From Candidatus Omnitrophota bacterium (GTDB lineage: Bacteria > Omnitrophota > Gorgyraeia > Zapsychrales > Zapsychraceae): a stretch of 64,000 bases of DNA. The stretch's first letter is position 1, and the number at the start of each line of letters is the position of its first letter. The DNA lies in assembly GCA_015233195.1 (NCBI GenBank), contig JADFYE010000006.1, forward strand, positions 6,699-70,698, given 5' to 3'. This document shows, in pieces, positions 26,401 through 38,400 of the stretch. Under the pieces are notes generated by a model, which was not told where the DNA came from, made no database searches, and was given only the letters and a program-made list of their open reading frames with translations. The position numbers and the translations under genes were made by a program.

Positions 26401-29400
26401 TTTGGTGCTTTTGATGGAGCAGTTGCTGGCATTGGCGCAAAAGTAAACGGCGCATCTTGGTCAGATGCTGGAAGCGCTGCAGCATCTGCTTTTGCGAATG
26501 GATTTATTTCAGGTGCTGCGCTTCATGGTGGAATACAATTCATGGGCGGCATGGCGAGCGGGTTTGTGGCTAAAGCTACAACAGAAGGTTCGTGGATCTC
26601 TAAAGCAGATAATTTTTTGGCAAGCAATCCTACATTGACAATGAGCGCTGGCGGTGGCGTGGTAAACGCTGGTCGTGGATTTATTGAAGCCTCATTAGAT
26701 AATAATAACAATTATGGTTTAAAACAAGCTGTTACTGATTTTGCTTTTGGCGCAGTAGCTGGAGCAGTTGCTGGCGGATTTGGTGCAAAATTTAGTGGAT
26801 TGGCAGAACGTCCGAGCATGTTTAGCGGATCTACTTGGGGAACGACTATTTATAGGGTTACTTCTTACACTGGTATAGGAACAGTTGGAAAAATTTTGGA
26901 TAACTATAGTGAGGGAAAAAGTATTTTAGATAATTTAGGTCGCTCAGTAGCTATTTCTGCAGGTTTAGGAATTTTAACCAATGCTTCGACTCATTGGATC
27001 GGTAATATTGCAGGCGGTGAAAAATTTACTAAATCTTTTGATTTGGCAGCTAAAGAAACTGCTCCTGTTGTTTCAGAGGTAAAAATAGCGGAAACTGGGG
27101 TTGCTGAAACAGGAACTGCTAAAACGGGAGAACTTTTAGTTCCAAAAGCTCCTCTTATAACAGAAGAACATAGTATTGCAGATGGAGTTACTTGGTTAGA
27201 TCGTAAGATAGGAAATGCTGAAAATATATGGAAACCCACCTGGAATTCTTTTGAGAAAAGCAGCCCAGGGATTGCTAAGTTTGTAGCAACAACAACACCT
27301 TCAGCAGGGTTAGGAGCAGCAGCAGGTTATGGTTTATCATTTGTTGATGGAAAAGATCGAGGAGGTTTGCTTAGTTCAGAAAGGTTGCATTGGGCTTTGC
27401 ATGGTGCAGTTATAGGTGCTGCTGGTAAATGGGCGTGGGGTCAAGAAACTTTGATGGGGTCTGGATTACAAAAAATTTCAAAAATAGGTATTGGTAGTGC
27501 TGCCGGCGGTTATGGCGGATATTTATTGTCGTATGCTGATCCTGATCTTAAAGGAAAAGGATTTGAAGCGCGGATAGGTCATATTTTATATGGGGCAGCT
27601 GCAGGCGGATTAATGAGTGGAATAACTATAGCTCGTCCGACATTAAACGCTTGGACTCATTCTCCGGAAAAAACTTTAGGAGAAATACTAAAAACTCCAG
27701 CATCTGTTTTGAGACCTACAGAAACTGGAATTAGTTTGTCTACTTTAGCGAGCAATCCAAATTTATTTACTAGGTTAGCAATTAGCGGGGCTACTGATTT
27801 TGCCGGAATTATGCCAGCGTGGGGAATGGTTGCTGTTCCTGCGCATGCCATAGCAGAATCTACAATAGGCGGCAGACCAGGTACAGCATGGGAAACTGCA
27901 TATGAAAGATTTAATCCCAAAATTGATCAGGCTGGAAATCGAGCTTCTTTAGATGCCGCATTTGTAAATCAAGTCGTGTCAGGCGCTAAAATGGGTTTAA
28001 CTATGGGACCGATGTTAGCTGTCGCGCAAATGCCTTTATCTTCTTTAACATCTACAAATACCGGTGTTCTTGGCAACGCTTTAAATTTAACACATTCTAT
28101 GCCAGCTACAATTGGATGGTTAAGCGCTGTAGAAGTTGGCACTTCAGAATTTTTAAAAGCACAACCGTTGTATTCAGATACCATGAACGGTACGCCGGAA
28201 GAAATATTAAAAAAACGTGGGTTTGTAGCGCCGAATGCTGACGGTACTGGCGGTACTAAATCTTATGGAATAGCTTTAAAAGAATTGAATGCTCAGCGCG
28301 CAATTGATTCACAAGAGATAGCTACAAGATCACAAAAAGTTGCGTTTTATAGTTTACTGGTTAAACCTGTAGGAAAATTGACGCCGCAAGAGATGATAGA
28401 TGTTCAAAGTAAAAAAGCATTTGATAATGTTTTCTATAATGGAAAATCCGGTCGTTCTATGGACGCAAAAGATTGGGCGAAGTTAGAAAGCGATGCGGCA
28501 GACTCGTCAAATCCAGCAGTTCAAGCAAAGGCAGTTAAAGCGTTGTTACCTATGGCGCAGGCTGGTTTAAATCCTATGGCTGATGCAGCAACTCAGCAAT
28601 CAGCGCGTGAAAAAGTTGATAGTTTATTGAATACTCCGGGAGGACAGCGTTACCAGGCTGAGGAAATAGCTCAACCTAGAGGAAAAGAAACAGTTGAACA
28701 GGCTGTAACAAGATTAGAAGTAAGCACAGATAAAGCTGACCGTGAAAAAGCTTTTGATGCCAGAATGGCTTTAGGAAGAGCCGACGGATTACAAGGAACA
28801 GCAGATGTTGATAACACACATTTTAACGCTGCTAGGAAATTAATTGCTGGGTTGATTTCAGGAAATAACGGTAAAGTATCCTCAGATTTTGTCCGACTGT
28901 CAGAATTAGAGACTAGGTTAGGACAATACAATGATGCAGCGAAATCGACTAGGATTGCTATAGAAATTGATGGAAATAGTATAGCGGCAAGAGCAGCACA
29001 TTTAAATGCTTTATTAAATTTAAAATTACAAAACGCTTCAGGCAATAAAGAAGTATCAGACCCTGGTTCTGTGGAGATAAATAAAGCATCTAGGGAGTTG
29101 AGTGCGGCATATGCAAAAGCAAACATGAAAGAAGCGGCTGGTGATATTTTGTTGCAAGCTGCTGTTCGTGATGCTCGGCAAGGTGGAATAGAATCGTTAA
29201 GTTTGTTACGAGAATCTATTGATATGCATATTACAGCAGACAAAATGTTAATGATGCATGATTTGCAAAAACAAGCAGGTGTGGAGCCAAAATACAAAAT
29301 CGAAGAAATACGTAATAGAGCTGAGAGGGAAAATAATACTGAAATTTTAAATAAACTAAAGGTGAGAGATTTACAAAAAGAGATTGATAGAGAATGGGTT

Positions 29401-32400
29401 AAAGGTGAGGCTCGAAAGCACGATGTATTAATTAGTAATTTAGAAGCTTTAATTAGACTTAGACCGACTGCTGAAAATTATTTATATTTGGCACAAGCAA
29501 AAGCAGTTAGAGGCGACGCTATAGACGTCATTCAGGATGCAATTAGACAAGCAGAACAAAGAGTTACGCCGAATTCTGATACAGCTGAACATATTGGAAA
29601 AATTAAAGAAGCGCTTCAAACAACTGCAGACATTGAAGCTCTTGAAGTGAAACATAGTAATGCTGCAGACGCAGCCAAAGAAAAAATAAGTCGAGACTTA
29701 GAACAAAAGAAAGTTGATTTGTTAACATTATTAACGGCTGCAAAAAATAGCCGAACTGAGGCAGCAGATAAACCAAACCCATTAGAAGATTTGCAGCCCC
29801 CTAAACCAGCTGGTGAACGAATGGCTGAGCCGCCAAATACAGAAGCTTCGCATGCTACTGATAGTGTTAAGACTCCGGAACCCCAAGCTCCTCCGGCTGA
29901 ACAAGCAGAAGTTAAGCCTAAAGATACTAGCATGTTTTCTGCAGCAACACCTACTGCTCGACGAGGACTGGTTTTTGATGCTATCCGCGGTGAACGTATT
30001 ATTGAAAAAGAAACAGTACCATTAACTGATCGGGAACGGGCAATGGGGGATTTAGTTAAAGATTTTGCATTGCGTATCTTAAACTCTTCTAAGGATGCGG
30101 TTGGTAATGTTTATGAGGCTTCTCATACGGATGTAAAGGAATTAGCAAAAAAGAATCCTAACCAATTAGGAGATATGACGGCAGAAGAACGTGATCGAGT
30201 TATTGATACAGCTAAAAAAATTGCAACGATAATGACTGAGAATAAAAAGTTTTTCCCTGTGCTTGAATATGGTTTACCAAAAAGTTTTGTTAAGGAAGTG
30301 GTGGATGACATATTAAAGAAGGCTGGTATCGAGACATCTAAAATGTCGGATGAACAAAAAATAGATGAAGCATTTAAAGAAATTAAAAAGATTTTTGCTT
30401 CCGGCGATCAGGCAAGAATTGATGAATTGAAAGCCGCAGACGTTAGTATAAATAAGGCTAATGGGGAAGTTTCTATTAAAGGAGACCGTACCCAAGCTGT
30501 AACAGTTTTGACCGATCTTTATATGGCTTTTGAAAAAGCCTTTTTAGCATCTCAAGATGGAAAAACTTTCAGGTTTGTTTCCAGCGCTGGTTTGGGTGCA
30601 GGTAAAACTTTGGCGATGATGGCTATTGCACGGGAAATTATAAATGAGCATCCAGAAGTGCAAATCATTTTGGTTATGCCGCAAAATAAAGTTACGGAAA
30701 TTAGAACTGGAATTGACGCCTTAAAAACTAATAAAGCTAATGCAGTAGCTGTGTTGTTGGGACATCAACTAGGAGAGAACCTGGATTTTTCACATTTGGC
30801 TTTTACGGAAAGGGAAAATAATCAAATAGTAATAAAGGATTATTACGGTAATACTTTAACAGATCTTAAAGGCAGGATTATAGTTTCTTCTGATTCTGAC
30901 GCTTTAACTATAGCTCGAGAAAATCCAGATTTGATTAAACAGTCTTTTGTTCATATTGGTGAGATCGACCAATTTTTACGTGCTCATCCTTTGATAACTG
31001 GATCTGGTCGCTCTGGTGAACAAATTGTGGAATTAGCTTTTAAAGGCAATCGTGATTGCCAGGAGACACTAAGAATAGCAACAGCAGATTCAAAAGAGCT
31101 TACGCTCGTTTATGATGCTCTGATGGGTGTAATTGCAGATGCGGGTGGAAATATCCGGGGTAATATTGTTAATATTCGTGAAAAAAATATTACATTAAGC
31201 ACTGTAGAAGGTGCAGATGGTGAATCAGCTAAAACTCGCTTTGATGCAGCATTAGAAAAGTTAATTAAGGATGGCTTGATTCATGCATCATGGCGCGGAG
31301 AAGAATCAGAAAGTAAACTTTTGAATTCTATTTTAAGATTGGTTTTACAGCGGGGTACACCAGATCAAGTTAAAGAAGATAACGAGCAAGGTTATACTTT
31401 ATTAGATAGGTTAAACGCGCTTAAACAAAAAAACACTGTTCCGTCAGATTCTTTGGAAGCGCGCATTCGTCTAATTGAAATAGCAAGAGCTAATAATGAA
31501 CCTGTTAAGCCGGCTCAGTATATTAATGCTTTACTGCAAGGAAAGGAAAAACCAACTTATTCTGCAGATTTGATCCGTTTGGCAAAAGGGGTTTTCGGTG
31601 ATACTGGAACTGCTAAATCAGCTAGATTGCAATTTGATACACTAGGAGTTCATGTTAAAGAAGCAGAAATAGAACATGATTTGACATTGCATGCGAGTCA
31701 GTTACGTATTTCTAATTATAGTTCAGTATTTGAAATTCATAATGAACAAGTAAAAGCAGTTGTCAATGAGTTGGTCCAACAAGGAAGAATTAAAATTGAG
31801 GAAATGGGGTCATTAGTTACAGCATTAAATCGATTAACTTCAGGTGATTATGCTGGAGGTCGCGCTACATTGATGTCTGTGACAGCCCGTGAGTTAGAAA
31901 TTTTTAAAATGATTGTAGAAGAGAATGGTGGAAAATTACAGAGGGATTTTCTAGATGCGGATGGGAAAGTTATTGGAGCAATGGATATTCCATGTATGTT
32001 TGTCGGAGAAGCTAAAGAGGGCGGCGAAGATATTGTAGAAAAGAAGGCAGCAGAGGATAAGATGGAAGAGTTGCAGGGATTAAATAATAGAGATCATGTA
32101 AACATCTTTTATATTGGTTTAACTGCAGGATCAAATATTGCTGAAATTAAAGTAGAAGGGACTGATTTAAAAGTTAATATTTTACGTGCGAACGCGATTG
32201 AAAAAGCAGAACTTGGGCAATTATTCGGACGGGTTGATTTATTAGAAGTTGGTAATGGTCGTTTAGGCGCTAATCGGGTTGAGGCTTGGATTAATGTGGG
32301 AAGTGATGCTAATGTTACTGATCAGGAATTAGAGCGCGCGCAAGAAATTATGAAAATGCCGGCAGTGTCTTTGGCTAGGCTTGAAGCTGAAAGAAAATTA

Positions 32401-35400
32401 GTTCTAGAGATTATTAGCGGTATAGAAGTTTCAGGACAAATCGGAAACGTTTATCAGGCATCAAATACTCAAGGTCGTATCGGCGACGAACAGTTATTAA
32501 ATAATGTTAAAGATTTTAATAAAAAATATGATGCTGAACGGGCTGCTCAAGAATTTGAGAGAAGCGAATCCACTGAAGGCGCAACAGTTGATGTTTCGAA
32601 TTACAAGGGTGAAATTAAGACGTATAGATTGAGCGCAGACGCAGAAGGAAAATTATTGCCGGTATTTGTGTCGCAAACTTCTGTAGCGCAGATTGAGATG
32701 ACTACACCTCAAGGCAGTCAGGTGTCTGTTCCGATCACGCTGATACAGCAGCCTCAGTCAAAGGATGATACAGATTTAAAAGTTGTTAGCGCGTCAGTTG
32801 ATAGAGATTTTGATTTTGGTGATGTACACTTGCAAAAAGGCGACAGCGTTGTTGATAAAGGCGTGGTTCCGATGGATATGATGATTTTGCAACGGACCAG
32901 CACAGATGCCCAGGGTAAGCCTATTGTCGACGCTCAAAATCAACCTGTAACCACTCAATTGAATGCAGTTATTTATCAGGGCAAGCTTTATGCTGCAACT
33001 CCGACCATGATTGATCAGGAAGATCCAAAAACTAAAGAGACAACTCAAGTTTCTACTATGCAATTTACAGTATTTGATCACGATGATGCGTGGGACACCG
33101 GCATTGCTAATAAAGGGACGGTTTATAACGTTGTTCAGGCTGAGAATGCGGAAGATAAATTAGAAGCTAAAGAAGCTGAGTTTATTGTTGAAGGTACTGT
33201 TAGAGATTTTCTAATGTTAAGAATGAAACGAGCTGAGATTAGAGCAGCAAAATATGTTATGCCGTCACATGTTGGTTATCGTAGAAAAGGAACCCGGCTT
33301 TTAAAATTAAGTAAAAATCAATATAAGCAATATCTTAAAATGGCTACAGATGATGCAACAGGTCAAAAAGATTTCAATATCGTCTTAGCTCGCTTACAAA
33401 ATTATTTATACGCCAGAGAAATGAGACGTCATGGCATGAAAGCTGTAACTGCTCAATCAGACGGCAGACAGTTTCAACGGGTTGAAAGGGTGCGGACTTA
33501 TTTGAGAAGCTTGGCAGAACACAGCCCTGAAGTATTGAATAATTTGGTAAGGATGGCAAGAGAACACAATGAAATTTTAGATTTTATTTCCAGCCAGCCT
33601 TATGTTGTAGCAGAATTTGCGTCGCTGCTCGGGAAAGATAAATTAGATATTGATGTGTTTGATGCAGCGTTAGGGAGATTGGCTACGATTACATACGATC
33701 AAGACGGTCAAAGAATTAGTTCTGGTGAAATGGTTAAACGCGGAAAGAAAATGGATTTTATTTTGAAGTTCTTAGCTGATATGAGACGTTTAAAAGTTGC
33801 TAATCCTAAAATGCTGCTTCAGGTTTTGGGAGTAGTGTCGCAACAAAGCGAAGTGGTCCAAGAGTTAGTTACCCGTAAAAACTTGGTCAGAGAATTAGGA
33901 ACTGTAGGCGATCATTTAGATAATGCTCAGGAACTGCGGAATGTGGTTGAACGCGCGATAGACCAAACAGTTGCTGAAGAAAATATTTTTGTTCAAGAAA
34001 ATAGAGACGCTATTCAGGCAGCTCACACCAGGATAAGCGCTATGGAAGCAGAGTTGATCAAGAAAGCGCCTAGACCTGGAGAGACATTAAAAGTCCGTCT
34101 GGAAAAAGGCAGTGAGGAAAGAGAAGTTACTGCAGAAGAGTGGAATACCATGATCCGCCATATCCGCGGAACTCGGCAATTGTTAGCCGCAATGTTAGAT
34201 TCCAATAATTCACGCGTTAATTATTATTTCGCGAATTTAGGTACAACTGATGTTAATAAAACCTTGGATGAATTTTTGCAATATGTTATCGGAGGAGAAA
34301 CTACTCCAGGATACGATCAATTATCTGCAGAAGAAAAAAATGAAATTATGGAAGCTAGAAAAGAGTTTAAAGCGCGAGGGTATGCGCTTAATCAAGGTTT
34401 GCGTATTAAGGTGAAGCATAATTTTAAGAACACCAGTGTGGCAGCTCACGGCGGTAAATATAAAAACTTAAGAAACCTTTTTATGACTCGGGATATGAAT
34501 ATTGCTGAATTCTTTAAAGATATTGGACGGGAAGAGTTGGCGCGTAATGCTACTGAACTTCAGAAGATTTTTTACACTGTAATTCACGAATCTCAGGAAT
34601 TGACTGCCAGCGGGTCTCACGAAAAACATGTGGCTGATTTACAGAATTGGGAAACTTGGCTGCAGATGATCCTCGGTGGGTCAGATAAATTTGCAAGTGC
34701 TGAAGTAACAGTAGCTGATTATTTTAATCAAATGGCAGATACTGCTGCACCTGAACATCAAGAAAAACTGAGAGAAAGTGCTTCTAAAATTATCGCAGAC
34801 ATGGGAGAAGGCGCTACTATCAATAGAAATACCGGCGTTATCCGTCATGCGCAAGGTCAAATTATGGCTATATTTGATGCGTATTCTGGACATTTAGTAG
34901 GCATTGATTCTAACGGTAATTTTACCTATACATTTAAACAGCCGGTTCATGAAGGGGCTTTAACAGTTACAGTACGTGGAACAATTTCTAAAGAAGGCGC
35001 TGTATCTAAATTATTTGATGTTCAAGGAAAGAAAGCAGATTTAATTGATTTAGGATTGATACGCGAAGATGGTGAAGATTTAGGTGTAAAAACTGAAAAC
35101 GCGCCAGACGGTGAAGTGGTCGCAAAAGACATTTATGAAAATGATTTTATTGATAGCATAAGCAGACCAACTGCTGCACAGCAGAAGAAAATGATTGAAC
35201 AAATACAGAAACAGGCTGAAGATGCTGCGAAGAAAAAAGCAGCGGAAGCACGGGATGCAGGAACATTAAGTGGGATAGAACATTTAGGCGCAGAGGCGGA
35301 TAGAAATGCAAGTATTGTTCCACCACCAGAAGAAATAGATGTTAATCAGTCGTCGACACAGGATGAGACCCCCTCGTCAATCGCACCTCGTCCTGTGTCT

Positions 35401-38400
35401 TCGGCTGCTGAACAACGTGCAACAGAGGTTATTAGTAGGGTAGTTGCAAAAGTCGCTCCTGAAACTGGTCGAGTTGCAGATTTACCGAAAACAGAGGTAC
35501 AGCCAGCGCCAAGCGATGAAGCTGACCGCGCGCTTATGGCCACGTTAGCTGTACCTAAAGCAGAGGCTATTGCGGCGGAGGCAGCTCCGATTGCCAAGGC
35601 ATCTCCTAGCGCTGCTATTTTACCTGTTAATCTATCGATTTGGCTTGTTAATGAGAATAATGAGTCGGTACCAAATATAAGAAGAAAGCAAATCAGAGCA
35701 GCTTTTGCAAGAATTTTAGCAAAACGCACTAACGTTAATAAAGTTATGGCTATTAAGCCTGATTTAGGTGTTCAATTTGTGCGAGATCAAAAGGATGTTA
35801 GAAAAGGAGCGTTAGCTATAAGCTTACGTAGTTTGAATTCAATATTTGGATATAGTTTGGATACTAAGAAGCGGGGTAAAGCGTTTGAGGCAGAAGTGGA
35901 TTTTGTAATTAATACTTATTTAAATGGTTTAGCAAACGATTCGATAGTGACAGGCGATGGTCTTGAAATTAAAGCCCAAGCCATGCCATCTCCTGGTTCT
36001 GTATTCTTTGCTTCTTGCACCACTAAGGGTACGCCGATGGATGCTACTTGGAGAAATTATTTTGAAAGCAAGCTCAGAGCTGGCGATCAAATTAAGATCA
36101 ACGAATATGCTAAACAATTAGGCTTTGCTTCAATCAATTCTGAAGATCCTGTAGAACAAGGCTGGGCTGCATTCAGAGCTTTATTAGAGAAGAAAACAGC
36201 TTTAACTGCAGAAGAAAAAGACATTTTGAAAAACCGCGCGTTATGGGATGACTTGTTAGTTAAAGCTAAGCTCATGGCAAAGAATGGTCCAAACAGCGAG
36301 AGTTATTTAAAAGTAGCTCGTCCATTAAATAAATTAGTATCTGCTGAACAAGCTTTAATAAAACAACTCAAAGATAATCCTTTATCTATTCGTTTGAACG
36401 CTTTGAAAAAGGTGGAAGACGAAGCCATGTTAGTAATGGAATTCAGATTATTGAATTTCGACGGGTTAAGAGCGTTTATTGCTGGCGGGTCGAATGATAG
36501 TAATAAGTTGTTTGCTGAGTTGAGCGCGTTTATTAAGAAGAATAAAACTGCTCCGCAATTCAAAGCTTTGATACAAGAGAACAAGCCGGTTTATATTATG
36601 GATGAAAAAGGCTTGCTGCATAAAGTCACCATTATCGCAGTTATGGATAAAGCTAAAGACGGTGAAGTTGCGGCTATTAAAGATGTGACTTTGACCTTGG
36701 CTAAAGATGGCGTTGCCCTCGAGAGTGTTAGCTCAGCGTTAGTAATTGTTGGACCGAACACAATTGACAGCAAGATAGCAGCAAGATTGAATAAAGCTGA
36801 CGTTGTTGACGGAAAAGCTTTAGTAATGCCTGCAGCGCCGGCTTTATCAGCTGATGAAATTACTCCGCAGAATTTATCTCTTTCAGTTTCTGCGCGTATG
36901 GGTAATCCAATGACTCAAAAACTGGGAGCTGCTGAGGATTTAAGCGCGAAATTAGACGTGGTATTCCAATTCCGATTAAACACTATGATACCAGTTATAG
37001 TTGAAGGAACAGTTGCAGATTTAGGAAAATTATTGAATTTGAAAAAAGATCAGCCGGAATATAGCAAATTGATTAAAGCCGCGAATGTTTATGTGATTGG
37101 AAAAGACGGCGTGATCAAAGAAGCAAAAATTCAAGCTGTGTATGCTCCGTTAGCAAAAGGAGAGTCTGAACCAAAGATCAAGACTGTGAAACTGACTGTA
37201 ACTGACAAGGTGGTTTCGCCAGAAGCTTTACCTATTGGTTTAGATATTAGCGAGGGTGTTTTGCCTGAAAGCATTTTGAAACAATTGCCCAAGGCAGCTG
37301 TAGTAGATAAGGATGCGATGGTTAAAAAAGATAGTCAGATTGTTCAGCCTACAGCGCCGGCAGATATGGTGCCAGCTCAGTTTACTCCTGTACCAGCAAA
37401 CACAATCATGCCTGTACCTGCAGAAGTGCCGGCTCAGCTGCCGAATAGTATGGTTTTAGCAAAAGAAGCTCGCGGTCCGCCGTTAGTAGAAGCTAAGCTT
37501 TCTAAAAGACCTGAAACATTTATGGTATCCGAGAAACCTGGAACTACAGATGACGGGTTTATTCGTGTTGATGTGCCACAATTTAAGCCATCCTTATACG
37601 ATCCTAAACAAATAATGAATGTTGATGCTAAACGGGATACCCGTTTAGTTGCAAAAGCTAAAGCATATGGTGAAAAGACCTCGCAAAATGGTGCTGCGGA
37701 CATTTTAAGAGATGTTTCTAAGGATGATGGATTTGATGATGGGGCGATGTTGACCAAAGTCGACGAGGCAGCAGTTCTTCACGCGGTTGCGGTTTGGGAA
37801 CAAGAAGAAAAAGCCAAAGGCCGTACCAGCGAGATCGACGATATAAACGCAGCGTTTGAAAATATCCGCACCAACAGTCCTGAAGTATTTACCCAAGCAA
37901 TTAATATTTATGACGCTTTGAATACAGCATCAAAAGGCACACCAAAAGCGTTTGATCTTAAAGGCGGGTCATTTATCCATACCGTCATCAGCGCGGATCA
38001 TATTGTTAAGCGTAGTTTAGAGATTGAAGCTGGCCATGGTTTAGCTATTCTTGAAAAATTGGGAGCTGGAAAAACTTACGCTGAAAAAGCCGCTGAATTG
38101 ATAGCAATGCGTATTTTAAAATCTAATCCTAAAACTCACGGTGTAATGGAAACTTGGGTGCCGACCAAACCTTTGATTTCAAATATTCCGCATAAAGATG
38201 CGTTGACTATGACGATATTAAAAATGATGTCGGATGAAAATTTGGCAGATGCTTTTATTTTGGAAGCTGATGAAAACAATCCAGAATCGCAGGCTTTTGA
38301 AACCGCGTTTCCTGGGTTTGAGAATTTAAATAAAGGAAACAGGCCATTTAAAGTAAGATTCGCGTATACTGAATCAATTCTTCGTCGTGCTGGTGATATG

